In this document: positions 1 through 13,849 of the stretch, piece by piece | Numbering within the stretch: the first letter of the stretch is position 1 | Layout: every line of letters starts with the position of its first letter | Program-made: the position numbers and the translations under genes | The notes under the pieces: model-generated | The model's input: only the letters and a program-made list of their open reading frames with translations | What the model was told of the DNA's origin: nothing | Databases searched by the model: none | DNA from: Phyllosticta citribraziliensis | Lineage: Eukaryota | DNA: 64,000 nt | Direction: 5' to 3' | Assembly: GCF_038025025.1 (NCBI RefSeq) | Contig: NW_027117349.1 | Coordinates: 496,001 to 560,000 of the forward strand

Positions 1-3000
1 AGACGACGCAATAAGGCCAGAAAGATGCATAACAAGCTTAACCCCAACGTTTCTTCCCTCCCGAATCCCGCATCCCTACCCGCCCCCTGCTTCTGGCCGT
101 CTTGTGTAGATGAGTCGCGCACCGGAGCCGCATGCCCCTCTACTCTCCCCCACTGCCTGCTGCACCCACGTCTGCCGCGGTTCTCCGGCCAATCAGTCGT
201 ACTCGTACAGCACGGTGCGGAACGACTTTCTGCCTACGAAGCTCGCTCTCGCTTTCTGTTGACCTGCTGCCCCTGCGATCCACCCTGTCTCTTGTGTCGG
301 TCTGCGGTGGTCGATGCGCTGGTTCTGCCTGAGGCATGAGCGTCGGCAGCTTGCGATGTGCGCAGGGGAGACGCTTGTCACGAACGCGACGCTAACGCAG
401 GTCACCCGTGCCCGACTTCTCGGCGCGGCAGGCAGGTAGATGGGTCTGTTGATAGAGTGCGGGTTGCGCGTCGTAAAGGTATTGCGCACTCTATTTACTT
501 ACGATGGGGGACGGAGCGGAGATAGAGTAGATGAGATGCGAGATCCGATGAGATCGGCGGGAAGTAAATGCACTTACTTTGCAAGACTTCGGTTGGGCAT
601 AGAGGAGGATGCTGTAGAGACCCTGGGCTTGTCGGCGTCTGGAATTTCGGTTGGACGTCGTTTCGCACTTCTGGTGGAGTTGTTTCGAAGCGCGAGAGTT
701 GGGCCACGGTTGCTTCTGGCTGGGTCAAAAGTTGACGCGGCTTTCGCAGACATGGATATGGGTTTGCTTCTCGGCAGCAACCGGTGTCTGTGCTATCGTT
801 TCACCTACTCGAGATGCACAGCGGGACTGCATAAATGAGTGTACGTACGCCGAGTAGCGTTTCGTTTCTTAGACCTAAGATGAGACCTACGGCTTTGTAC
901 ACCAACTTTTGTTGGAGTGAAATCAGTGCCCCATCGCATTTGACCAAAAAGGAAAAGTGGTCGAGTGCCATGGCTTCATCGTCGCCTGGCGACGGACTCT
1001 GGGAACAGCGCCGGAGGATTTTTCCCAAAGAGGAACAATAGAGCCATCGGATGAGGATATGCACTAGGGTCGGTTAAGGGTCTGATGAGGAGGGGAGGAG
1101 CAACAAGAGCAAGGTTTGGAGCGCGACGCCGCGGCTGAAGGATCGCCATTATCTACCCGCACCTCGAGGGCTAGGATTAAGGTTTGCTGCAGTAAGGCTT
1201 GACGGTACTCGATGAGCTTGGTACGTTATTTTTTCTTGATGGCCGGTTTGTCGAGCAGGACTCTGTCAGCGACGAAGGTTGGGTGGACGAGAAATAATGG
1301 TCGAGCTGGTGAGCGGACGCGGTGATCTGCTCGCACTTCGGCGTTGTACCCATCATCACGACCTGCTTCATGCGGCAAGATGGCGCGATCCATGCCAGCG
1401 TTTCGCGCTTGTGCTCGTGCCCCTGCGTGCTTCCTTCGAGGCTGCCGGCGGCGATTGATGAGCTATACCCTGCTTTTGGCCCTCGGCAGACGCACATCCC
1501 CTCGATTAGTCCCTTGTGCAGAAAGGCTCTGGCTCTCATCGAGCATAAGCTTAGAGCCATGTCTAATTGAAAATCTCTAGGTGAGGAAGCCTGATGCGAA
1601 TAAGACGGCGCTGTCGATTGCTATTTCGGTTGCTATGTTCGACGTGGTGTTCGAGGCTCATCTGCGTAAGACCTGTTCTTTTTCTGGTGCTGTGCAGAGA
1701 CCATTCGGGACATGCTTTCCATGTTTGAAACGGCTGGCTGATGATGATCGACGTGATGGATGTCTGGTGAGGTTTCCGCTGTGGGTGTTAGTGAGAAAGC
1801 CATCATGGTCTACAATGAGCAGAGCGATCTTCTCTTGGCTTTGTGCTAAAACGGTCCATTCTTATTAGATGCCTCGGCTACAATCTTGAGGTAAGTCATC
1901 TTGAATGTGAGAAGTGTAGCTAGCCTGTCCTAAGATGTTGAGCGCGGTTGAGCCTCGGGCTGAATGTTGGCCTCACTGCGAGCGAGCGGCGGTTGTTCCT
2001 GTTGTTGAGTGACTAAAGGCGACTCCAAGATACCACATGAGCTCGACTGGGGGAAACCTGAGTCTCTTCTTTGACGGTGCCGGCCGAGGTCATTGGCAGC
2101 GTTCAATCCGACAGCTCATCGATTCCGAAGGTGGGCTCGATGAAGCCGCAGCATGCTGCAACTAACGGGGCCCTCTTTTTGAAATTTGTGAAGGGGTGAC
2201 AGATGCGGTGTTGTCGTGTTGCTGGATGATGGAAAAGGTCGAAGAACGAAGCGGGACAAACATGAGATATGATGGTACAGAGGTGCGTCCCCTCTCCGAT
2301 TGGCAGCTCAAACGCACCAATCATTCTGGTTGTGGGGTTTGCAGTCTGTGCGCCCATGACCGACTGCAACCCCGGCTTTCCTCCTCCCTCGCGACAAAAC
2401 ATCTCAACATCATCTGGCCAACTCTTTCCTTGGTATCGATACTCTCAGAATCAATAATCCATCGCTTCCCATATCCAGGTACACTCTTCTAGGCTCATTC
2501 CGGTTGCAGGAGTGCCTCGGAAGCTCTATTGGCCTGCCCAAGGTCGAGACGTCCGAATTCTTGCCTGTGCCCGGTACAGCCTTCTGGAGCCATTGACCGT
2601 TTTCTGTCGCCCTTGAATTCTTGAAATGGGCAGAAATCCTGGTCAAGAAAAGTAAGAAGCGCAGTCTCGAATGCTGTGGCACGCAAAATCCCTTCCTGGG
2701 CATTTGAGCTCCACAGCCTGTCAGGGCCATGATTGGGAACGAGTCGTCTCTTCACAGGAGGAGGAAATTGCGCAGCATCCCTTTTCGCCCCCGCTTGTTA
2801 CATCGTTCGTCTCTCGAGCCTCGTTGAAAGGCACATGACAAAAGCCAGCGTTGCCGTCGTCTTGTCCTCTAGTTTGACCTGTGTAAATGGCCCACGAAGA
2901 GAAGATCAACACTCTACGAACTGCTAGTTGAAACAAGAAGAGGCTGGACCGGACCATCTGGCGAAGCAGCAAGGTGAAGGTTTTGGCGTAGCGAGCTGTT

Positions 3001-4190
3001 CAAGACGGTCCTAGCGCTCCAGGCTAACGTGGTCACGCATGGGCTAGAACTGCCTTCCCCAGAACCTACTCAACGCCAGTCCCCCGCTCGACTGTCGCCA
3101 AGTCCACCGCGCTCAGCTTTGACTCTTGGCCTTGTGGAGGCTGTGAGGAAACGATGACAGCCGGGCTTTCACCTCGTCCTTGGATTTGCATTTCGACGTT
3201 GGACTCCTCGGTAATTGGTGAACGTCCGACGTCATTCAATTCAAGCTTCGGCAGTCACCCAAATGAAGGATATTGTCTGCATAGGGGCACAACTTCTGCT
3301 CCGTGGTTCCAGTGAATTGTGGACCAGAAAGATGCTAGCGCCTCTCCGCCAGTGGTGACATGGCTATGGTGGCTCGGCAAAGTCAAACGTTGGAACTTTG
3401 TGGATACAGCCTCCGGCACATCCATTCGGTATTTGGTGTCTGTCTAGGAAAGGCCGCGGTTCGGCTACATCTCGCGTGGCATAGCATCGTCTTTTCCGGA
3501 AGTTTTGTCACAGGGCCAAATGTGCCCCGGGCGTACAAGCCGCCGCTTGGTTGCGCAACCCGCTTTTGACGCGGGCATGAACATGTTTAGATCTCCAGGC
3601 TAAAGCAGGTCTGGCATTTTGTCGAGAAACTAAACAAGACAGCTGCAGTGGCAACGCGGACATGCACCGTTGTCAACGGAAACGCATAGAGCTATGAGTT
3701 CAAGGTTAAGATGCCGCTGCAGTCTCCCGCTTCGGTATTTAAAGCTAACCTCGAGGGGAAGTTTCAATCCAGACTCTCTGGGAATTGAAATTCAAGCACA
3801 CCCGACTTTGAACACACTCCTGTCTTTTTGTGGATGATATCACTCCTGCGCTGGTTCTCCGCGCAAGTTGACGCCAGCTGGACAATGCTTGGTCTAATTT
3901 AGACTGGCGTGGTGGTCGGCTCTTCGTATTTGCTAAGTCTAGAATTAGTACTCCCTTTGGCCTACTCTCGACCCGAAGCACCTGCATAGTTCGCGCATGC
4001 AGGTCTGGCTGGACAACAGACCATGACGAACCTGTCACTTTAAAGTCTTGGGCATCCCGCACACATGAATTCTTTTTCAAAGCATCCCACAGGCACCGGG
4101 CCATTCGATCGTTTGCAGCATTGAATTGGGAGCATTCCTGGAAGACCCCTTTCGCGTCAAAACTCTCGCTCTTGTCCATCGTTTTTCAAC

Positions 4191-6389
4191 ATGAAGTTGT
4201 CAAATTCCATTCTCTTGTGCTCAGCAGCCGCAGCTGCGGCGCAAGGTGATACCCTCACTACGATGATCAATCAGTATGTCAGTGGTCAAGGTCTGGTGAC
4301 GGGGATGCTTGGTGGCTTGGTTGGCACCATTTCCAACCTCTTCAATGGATTGGACACTCAGTACGACTACGTTGTGGTTGGTGGAGGAACTGCAGGTATT
4401 TGGACATTGTGCTGTGACCCACTTACCGACCCCTACTAATAAAAAACTATAGGCAACACGATCGCTTACCGCTTGGCTGCTGCGGGAAACCGAGTTGCAA
4501 TTGTCGAAGCTGGCAATTTCTACCAATTGGGAAAGCCTATCCTTGGAACCACGTAATTGCGCCCCATTCAAATTGGGTGCCATATGCCCTGCTTAACATT
4601 GTCATTAGGCCCTTGGGTGATGTCGTCGGTGTCGGAATGTCAAGGCTTGACTACAACCCTCTGGTTGATTGGGGATTCATGACCACGCCTCAGGCGGGCT
4701 GCAACAACCGACAGTTCCACTACGCTCGTGGAAAGGCCCTCGGCGGCTCATCTGCTCTCAACTTCATGATTTACCAAAGGTACTCCGAGTCCCGTCAAAC
4801 GTTCTGGATTGTATTCTAACTGAAAGTAGAGGCACGGAGGGATCTTACCAACAGTGGGCAGATGAACTCGGAGACGACAGCTACACCTTTGACAACCTGC
4901 TCCCTTACTTCGAGAAGAGCTTGACCTTCACGCCACCCAACACTTCCAAGAGACTTGCCAATGCTACTACTCAGTACAACCCCAGCGTATTCGATCCTGC
5001 AAACCCCGGACCTGTCCAAGTCTCGTACTCGAACTTTGTTCAGTCGATTGCCACTTGGTTCATCAAGGGCTTCAATGCCGTCGGAATACCAACCATTCAG
5101 GACTTCAACAGCGGCAACCTTTTGGGTACCCAATATGCTGCAGCCACCATCAGACCAAAAGACGCAACGCGCAGCGCGTCTGACATCTTCATCCAGGCGG
5201 CGCTCGCCAACCCCAAGTTGAAGGTCTACATCAATACGCTGGCGAAGAAGATCATCTTCGACAAGAACAAGAAGGCAACCGGAGTCAAGATTGCATCCGG
5301 CCAGACTCTCACTGCCAAAAAGGAGGTCATCCTTTCTGCCGGCGCTTTCCAGTCTCCGCAGCTGCTCATGGTCTCGGGTATTGGACCGGCTGATCAACTC
5401 AAGAAGTTCAAAATTCCCATGATCAAGGAACTCCCTGGTGTTGGCCAAAACATGTGGGATCACGTATGATGTCCGCATCCTCGCAAGTTTGATATTTGAC
5501 TAACGCGAGACACAGATCATGTTTGGACCCTCGTACGAGGTTGACACTATTACTCTCGACACTCCTCTCCACGATCTTAACTACGCCCTCAAGATCCTCG
5601 TCGACTACGTCGCTAACCAGTCCGGTCCCCTGTCGTCCAACGTCTGCGAGCTGCTCGGCTGGGAGAAGATTTCGCAACTCGAGCAATACAAGTCGAACCT
5701 GTCGGCGAGCACGCTGGAAGCGCTCTCGCAGTTCCCCGCCGACTGGCCTGAGGCCGAGTGGATCAGCATCGCGTCGTACATTGGCAACTTCCTGTACCCG
5801 ATCCTCCAGCAGCCGCTCAACGGCCGGCAATACGCAACCATTTTGGGTGCCATTGTCGCGCCCACGTCGCGCGGCAACGTCACTCTCGCCTCGGCCGACA
5901 CCAAGGACTTGCCCCTCGTCAACCCCAACTGGCTCACCACCGAGTCCGATCGTCAGCTCGCCGTGGCCATGTACAGGCGCATGCGCGAGATTTGGAACAC
6001 GCCCGTCATGCAGCAGGTCGTCAAGGGACCCGAGTACTTCCCCGGTCCGCAGATTGACACAGACGAAGAGATTCGTAAGTCGCCCCTTTCTGTCTCAAAC
6101 ACCCAACACCTTTGGCAGAAAATTCAACAGCAACTAACGGTTCCTTTCTTTTGCAGTCGAGACGATCAAGGAGTCGCTCACCACCGTCTGGCACGCCAGC
6201 TGCACGTGCAAAATGTCCAAGCAGGACGACCCCATGGGCGTTGTCGACAACAAGGCGCGCGTCTTCGGCGTCCAGGGTCTCCGCGTCGTCGATGCCTCCA
6301 GCTTCCCCTCGCTGCCTCCCGGCCACCCTCAGAGCACCGTCTACATGCTGGCGGAGAAGATTGCCGCCGAGATCCTCAAGGGAAACTAA
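4191..6389 (+). CDS. Secreted GMC (glucose-methanol-choline) oxidoreductase, AA3_2-like; resembles the versicolorin B synthase/PatE group; 6 exons
   Basis: Signal-like N-terminus MKLSNSILL. The FAD motif [19 protein letters not shown] is joined across intron 1. Also [48 protein letters not shown], and C-terminal [10 protein letters not shown]...LRVVDAS...[15 protein letters not shown]. Five GT-AG introns restore the frame; stop TAA at 6387-6389. Confidence 0.93.
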
Positions 6390-6855
6390 GTGAGGCTCTT
6401 CGTTGACTTTCCATTTGTCCTGTGCGAGTTCTGTCATGATGATGAATTGTTGGTTGATGTATAAAATTCTTGTGTCGGCGATTGTGTCGGATTGTGTTGG
6501 ATTACACGGTATATTGTAATCATCAGGAGAGTTGTTTTCATAGAAAGGAGCATACAAGGGGGCGGATGGCGTCCACGTCTAATTCTTTGCACATATTACG
6601 AACATAATGAAGAGTCTTTTTCTACGTCAGTAAACAAACATTTGCACAAGAAATCGTAAACACATCTAAGCCTTTCCTCCTGTGCCCGTAAATGAACAGG
6701 CCCGTCTAGTCTGTAAAAGATCTTTTGTTGAGTCGTCACCAACCAAGTCATTCCAGCAGCCCGCTGTTCCTCGAAACTCCAGGAAATGCAAGCATCAGCA
6801 ACGCCTCCCAATCCAGCCCAATATTTTGCTTCCTTCGTACCATTCCTCTTCCATT

Positions 6856-8644
6856 TTACTCATCATCGTCGCTGTCGTCGTCGTCTTCCCTCTCTAGCGA
6901 CTTACTCATGTACGGTCCATCGAGTTCGTATCCGAGCTTTCTGTAGTAATCTCTGACGCCCACGCCCGAAATAACCGAGATCTTCGTGCTGCCGTGCTCC
7001 TCCCGAGCGATGCGCTCGGCCTCCTCCATCAACAGTGTACCGTAACCCTGGTGCTGGAACTTCTTGGGGTCGCGGCCGTGCATGGGCACCGCCGTGCCAT
7101 AAACGTGCAGCTCGCGGACCATGCTGGTGGGCTGCGCAGTCAGCTCCGGACGGAACGTGTGCGTCTTGCTAAGTTTGCGCAGGCGCAGCAGGCCGATGAG
7201 AATGTCCTGCTTGGGGTCCTCGTAGGCCAAGAAGGTTTCCCATCCACCGTTGGCGACGTAATCGCGGCGGACGAGTTCGACTTGCGAGGGCCGAATCTTG
7301 TTCTTTACTTCGTTGATGCCAACCTCGCGCGTGCGGACGTCGCGGCAAGTTGTTCCAAAGTCCTTCATCCGAGCCAGCGCCAATTCGCGCAAGTTGCCGT
7401 TCTCCACGCCCGACGTCACCAGCGGCATTGGAATGTCGCGCTGAACCCGGTAAATACGCGTCCAGGGTGGCACAAGGGCCAGGATCCGAGCCACAAGATC
7501 TACGAGTGCATTGGGGGTATAATTCTTGTAGCGGCCGGTGCGCCAAAGCTCGTAGAGTCCAGTTCCGCGAATGACCAGCGTCGGGTAGATCTTGAGTCCG
7601 TCTGTGCGAAAGTCGGGGTTCTCAAAGTATTCGCGGAACTGATCCAAATCTCTCTCCATGCCAACGTTGGGAAGGTCAGGCATCATATGACTGACGACTT
7701 TGAAACCAGCATCCTTGGAGAGCTTGAATGTCTCGGCTACAGATTTGACGGTATGGCCGCGATTTGTGTCGCGCGCAACATCTTCGTAGAGGGACTGGAC
7801 ACCGATTTCGAGGCGAGTACAACCATAACGAAGCATTGCGGAAAGATGTTGGTCCAGACAGTAATCTGGCCGTGTCTCAATTGTGATGCCAACACACTTG
7901 ACGTTGCTCATCTCGCCCGCTGCCACCGCCTCGTCGACGTTCGTCGTTTGGTATCCGCTCAGCGCGTTGTGGAGCTGACTGATGAACTCGTTCCGGTAAT
8001 CCTCTGCTAGCGACATGAATGTGCCTCCCATGATGATGTATTCGACCTTGTCCACACTGTGGCCCAAGGCCTTGATCTGGTCGACGCGGCCTCTAGCTTG
8101 CTCGTATGGGTCATACCGCGCGCGGATTGCGCGCATCGATGTTGGTTCATAGCCGGTGTAAGACTGTGTCGAGTACTCGAAATCCGAATCGGGACCTCCG
8201 GGGCAGTATACGCAAATGTTACCCGTGTATGCGATGTGTGGGCAGCGGTGGGGCTTGCACATTACCGCCACAACGGCGATTCCAGACGAAGTTCCTGGAG
8301 GACATTAGCGTTTGCTTTGGAGACAAGGCAAGAGACATACGAATAGGCTTGGCAATCAATTTGGGCAGAATGTATTTCTTGTAATGCTCGGGTACTGCAG
8401 CAATAATTGCTGTCAGAGGTGGCTGAGTGCTGAGAAAGTGCTTCTTGGCCATTTGACCGCGCAGCGCGTTCAGATTGATGTCCTTTTTAGGCTTGGAACC
8501 GTCTACGGAGGCCTCGTAATCCTGGATGAGTGCGCTCGCAATGTCTGCGCATGCGCGCATGTAGCGCTCGTTCTCTGGAGGTAGCTTGACATTTTTTGGC
8601 AGCCGGCGCTTGGGCTGAGTCGCGGTGACGGTCATGGTCGCCAT
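6856..8644 (-). CDS. ELP3: Elongator complex protein 3 (radical SAM + GNAT acetyltransferase); 2 exons
   Basis: [49 protein letters not shown] and [18 protein letters not shown]. One intron (~8295-8341, GTATGT...CAG) joins KPI-RTSSG. Confidence 0.98.
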
Positions 8645-8930
8645 GGTGGACCAGGAGCCGCTGAGGGGTTTCGACGAGAGGCAAGAGTATTGGGCGAGTA
8701 TTTGGCGTGGCGGTGGTACAGGTGGTGGTTGTTACGACATGGATGAGTGGGTGCAGTGCATGTGGGTCGCCGTCTGGGGAGCGGCCGAAGAAAACCAATC
8801 GGCCCTTGCGCTTACAACATCTCTCCTCCGTGCTAGCAAACTGCCGCAGCAAACCCTACGACCTTCCGGTTCGCGACAACCGACCTCAACCCATCCCACT
8901 CCACTCTTTTTCTAGAGCACAGTTCGCATC

Positions 8931-10139
8931 ATGCAGGCATTCCGTCGTCCCTTGTGCTCCGCACTCAGCGCCGCTGGCCGCAGGCAGGCCTACTCGACGG
9001 CCTCGCCCTACGCCTCGACTGCTCCCAACCTGCGCATCAACAAGGACACCAAGGTTCTGTTCCAGGGCTTCACTGGCAAGCAGGGAACGTATGTAGCTCT
9101 ACTCTCTTCATTCGCGACTGTGGTTGCTGACGGGTCCCCAGCTTCCACGCCCAGCAGGCCATCGAATACGGTACGAGCTCAAGCTCTTCATAGCTCCATT
9201 CATAGCGAACACACTTTTTGATAAGGAACCAGGCACCAACGTCGTCGGCGGCACCAACCCCAAGAAGGCTGGCACTGAGCATCTCGGTAAGCCCGTGTTT
9301 GCCAGCGTCGAGGAGGCCAGGAAGGCCACGGGCGCCGACGCTTCTGCCATCTTTGTCCCTCCTCCTCTGGCTGCTGCCAGTATCGAGGAGGCCATCAAGG
9401 CAGAGGTTCCCCTCGTCGTCACCATCACCGAGGGTATTCCCCAGCATGACATGGTCCGCATCACCGACATGCTCAAGACCCAAAACAAGACGCGCATGCT
9501 GGGCCCCAACTGCCCCGGTATCATCGCACCTGTATGTCTACCCCGCCTGTGACCCAAGAAGCCTCATTTTTGACACTCCGCCAGGGTCAATGCAAGATTG
9601 GCATCATGCCCGGTTTCATCCACAAGCGCGGCCGCGTCGGCATCGTGTCTCGTTCGGGTACCCTGACCTACGAGGCCGTCAACCAGACCACCCAGACCGG
9701 TCTTGGACAGTCCCTCGTCGTCGGTATTGGCGGTGACCCCTTCTCCGGCACCAACTTCATCGACTGCCTGAACATCTTTTTGAAGGATGAGGAGACGGAG
9801 GGTATCATCATGATTGGCGAGATTGGTGGCAGCGCCGAGGAGGACGCTGCAGACTTTTTGAAGGCCAACAACACGATGAACAAGCCTGTTGTCAGCTTCA
9901 TTGCCGGTATCTCTGCGCCGCCGGGAAGGAGGATGGGTCACGCCGGTATGTTTTCCCGTCAGGCCTACTGGGCAAGAGTATTAGCTGATTCGCAAACAGG
10001 TGCCATCGTGTCCGGTGGTAAGGGTGACGCCAACTCCAAGATCACTGCTCTGGAGGGTGCCGGCGTCGTCGTCGAGCGCAGCCCTGCGGCTCTGGGCAAG
10101 ACGCTGCACGCTGAGTTTGTCAAGCGCGACTTGATCTAA
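8931..10139 (+). CDS. LSC1: Succinyl-CoA ligase alpha subunit, mitochondrial; 5 exons
   Basis: Arg/Ser/Ala-rich presequence, [36 protein letters not shown], and the phospho-His motif MGHAGA split by the last intron. Confidence 0.96.
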
Positions 10140-10548
10140 TGGAACAAATAGACAAATGGGGGACGGAATGCCATGCAGAGGAATTGAGATTGGGTCGGCT
10201 GGTCCTATGAGATTTTGAGCGTTTGGGTTTGCGTGCATTTGCTCTGCAGCTGTACAGTTCATCTAGATTTGGCGGCAAACGGCGGTCCCGGCTGTTTTTT
10301 AAACAAAATACCCTCTACCTGACGACCGAGTTATCTCCTAGGTCCCTGCACAAAAGTGAGGTGATGTGGGTGTGCCGGCGCTGGGGGTGGGCGGCGGCCG
10401 CGGAGATCACCCCCAGATCCCTGACTGAAGCTCCGCCCGGTCCATTATTGGACTCCAAGGCACGCAGTCCAACCCCTCGATCGAGACGACACCAACGTCA
10501 GTCAACACCACCGCCCGCCCACCCGACCGCTCCCTGGCTGTCGCGACA

Positions 10549-12014
10549 ATGTGCGACCAAGCCCCCCACTGCGTGTCTCACTCGCAATGCTGACCCCATG
10601 CTCCCAGGCTCTCCGGCATCCTCATCTTCAACCAAAAGGGCGAGAACCTCATCTTCCGCGCCTTTCGCAACGACTGCCGTCCCCGTCTCGCCGACGTCTT
10701 TCGCATCCAAGTCATCAGCAATGCCCAAGTGCGCTCGCCCATCCTGACCCTCGGATCCACCACCTTCAGTCATGTCAAGCATGAGAACATCTACCTCGTC
10801 GCTGTTACTAAGAGTAACGCCAACGCCGCCCTCGTCTTCGAGTTTCTGTACCGAATGGTAGGCTTGGGCAAGGCATATTTTGGCAAGTTTGACGAGGAGG
10901 CTGTCAAGAACAACTTTGTGCTTGTATACGAGCTTCTCGACGGTGCGTCTCAAGCTTCAGGGATGTAGGACGTGGAATGCTCACGCAGAATAGAGATATT
11001 GGATTTCGGATACCCACAAAATACCGAGACGGAGACACTCAAGATGTACATTACCACCGAGGGTGTCAAGTCTGAGCGCGCAATGGTACGTAGCTGTCGT
11101 GCTTTGGAAGCTTCAACGCTGACCTCGAGCAGGAGGACTCGTCCAAGATTACCATGCAGGCCACTGGCGCACTCTCGTGGAGGCGCTCGGATATCAAGTA
11201 CCGCAAGAACGAGGCCTTTGTCGATGTCATTGAGGATGTCAACCTGCTCATGTCCGCCACGGGGACTGTCCTCCGCGCCGATGTCAATGGCCAAATCGTA
11301 ATGCGCGCGTACCTTTCCGGCACCCCCGAGTGCAAGTTTGGGCTCAACGACCGTCTCACGCTGGGCGAGGACAGCCTCTCGACGCCTTCCGGCAATCGAT
11401 CGGGAACAAAAGCCACTCGCGCCGCCGCCGGCTCCGTTACACTGGAGGACTGTCAGTTTCATCAATGCGTGAAGTTGGGCAAATTCGACACGGATCGCAT
11501 CATCAGCTTCGTCCCCCCAGATGGCGAATTCGAGCTGATGCGATATCGCGCGACGGAGAATGTCAACCTGCCATTCAAGGTGCATGCTATTGTCAACGAA
11601 GTCGGCAAGACCAAGGTCGAGTACAGCATCGCAATCCGCGCCAACTACGGCTCCAAGCTGTTTGCGACCAACGTTATCGTGCGCATCCCGACGCCGCTCA
11701 ACACGGCAAATATATCGTCGCGTACTAGCCAGGGCAAGGCCAAGTACGAGCCCGAGCACAACAACATCGTGTGGAAGATTCCACGCTTCACGGGCCAAAG
11801 CGAGTACGTCCTCAGCGCCGAAGCGACGCTGACGAGCATGACGAACCAAAAAGCGTGGAGCCGACCACCACTGAACCTAAGCTTTAGCTTGCTCATGTTC
11901 ACAAGCAGCGGGCTGTTGGTGCGCTACCTCAAGGTCTTCGAGAAGAGCAATTACAGCAGCGTCAAATGGGTTAGGTACATGACGCGCGCTGGGAATTACG
12001 AGATTCGATTTTAA
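10549..12014 (+). CDS. APM4: AP-2 adaptor complex subunit mu; exons 10549-10550, 10608-10942, 10994-11085, 11133-12014
   Basis: The spliced product reads MLSGILIFNQKGENLIFRAFRNDCR...NFVLVYELLDEILDFGYPQ...YRKNEAFVDVIE...FVPPDGEFELMRY...KWVRYMTRAGNYEIRF. All introns are GT-AG with CT[GC]AC-type branch sites. Confidence 0.95.
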
Positions 12015-12837
12015 GCGCTGGGCTTGTTGAGGCCCTATACGAAGGCAACCCTAGTAAGCATGGCATTCGCCTTGTTTCCCTTTGGGCGATGGGTGTGGTC
12101 GTGGCGCCGGGGCGTTTCGGGAAGCGTGGCATCACGGACTTGTTGATGGTGATTTTTTTGCATTGGGTCGGTGTTTACTCTTTTGGATACCTTGTCTATT
12201 TCGCGCCTCTTGTTCTTGTACGATTCAAGGCCTGTTGCTAAAAGCTTGTGGCTCACGCAACCATTCGAACGTTTCTATGTCTCGCTTGTGTACCTGTATG
12301 CTCCCTGCCGCGTTGGATTTCGAAGACTTCGATGCTTCACCTCCAGAGCTTGGATAGCTTGAGTGTTTCCCATAAGCGCTCCCATCACAGGATGGCTCCT
12401 CTCCTTCCTCTGTTATGGGCCTCGAATTTAGACATGAATTCAGCCTAGCGCGATCACTTCCCCCGATTCTGCTTGGTTCCGCCGCGCCCCGCTCCGCTCC
12501 ACCCCACCTAGCCCTCCCGAGGAAAAAAAAGGTGAAGTTCCAGCTCTTCACGCCAGCCATTACTGTAATCTATATACACTTTACCCCTCTTCGATTTTCA
12601 ACTCGAGCTCCTAGAGAGCCCAAATCCCACAGGTGATGTGGTGTAGGGGTAGCATGTGTCGTTGTGGAGAATCCCACAACACCAAGTCCAGCTTGGTTGT
12701 TTGCCCGTGGATGATCACTAAACCGACCCGACCTGGGTTCGATTCCCAGCATCGCCAGCATGATGCTTCCGCGCTCAGCGTGGATTATCGATTCTTTTTT
12801 CTTTTTTTCTTTTTGGTGGAGAGGGGTGGTCGCGGTG

Positions 12838-12840
<3 letters not shown>

Positions 12841-12902
<62 letters not shown>
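12841..12902. repeat. (GA)31 microsatellite
   Basis: Perfect dinucleotide run in the intergenic region after APM4. Confidence 0.99.
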
Positions 12903-12906
<4 letters not shown>

Positions 12907-13849
12907 TGCCGTTGGCTTTGATGTTATTCGTGCCAGGCATAGTCATTTTGCTCCAGTTCAGAATGGTCGATGGAGTGCAGTGAGAGGTGAGCGAGGTATT
13001 TTGCTAGCAAGCTATACGTACATCGCAAGAGTGAAAGTGCCATGCGTAAAATGACAGGCACTTATCATCTAGCTCCATCGTGTTACCATTCTCAAAGGCT
13101 GGTGGTCAAAAGGGATTGTCTCTATTTACTCCCTTCTGGATTGGTCTAGAAATTAGGCCAGACAAACAGCGAACCAAAGACAGAGAAGATGAAATTCGTA
13201 AAGAGAGTATTTGCGACGTCGCGCTCCATCAGCCACAGAAAACTTTGCCTCAATGTCGTGTCGTATTGCTGCTTGAAGCCGTAAACAATCGTATCCAGCA
13301 ACAGGGCTGTAGGGCGCAACGGAAAATTCGGGCCTCAAGAATACCTTGGCAGGTTTACTCCGAAGGCCGAGCAGATTGGGTCATCCTGGGAGTACCAGGG
13401 TGAATGATTCGTGAGAGTTTTGTTGACGGGTTTTGGGTAGACACACGCTTCGAGGCCGGAATGTGCCAGCCCCTTCAGAGCATCCGTGTAGAGAGCGGTG
13501 ATGAATGAAGATGACGCTCTCACGATGGTCGAGCGCATGACGATGGAGTTGCCATTTCGGACAGCTGCCTCTAGCGATTACTGCATTTGGCACTTGGCCG
13601 GGCGCAGCCGATGGCTGTGACGTGACTGTGCCACAGCGCGAGCGCGTCCACCTCACGCGCTGACGTGAAGTCTGCTTTGCGGTAGTCTCTGGTCGTGATT
13701 GTCGACACCCAACTGGAAGCGCGTCAAAGGAACCAAGTGCCTTTGCTTTTTGTGCCTGGTGCAACCTCACGTCTGCTGGCGTTTGCACCGTCCGCCCGTT
13801 TAAGTGTCTGCCCTCTCCGTCAACAACTGCTGCGCCAGATCACGCAACC

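Noticed and set aside
1..4100. Many short ORFs and a possible minus-strand exon with a GTAAGT donor near 574
   Set aside because: I could not build a consistent spliced model or recognise any domain.
6994..8010. Long antisense ORFs (also 10950-11849, 37239-38297, 55903-56868, 59441-60643)
   Set aside because: They are shadows of GC3-rich genes on the opposite strand.
12633..12983. ORF with an ER repeat
   Set aside because: It is a translation of the (GA)31 microsatellite.
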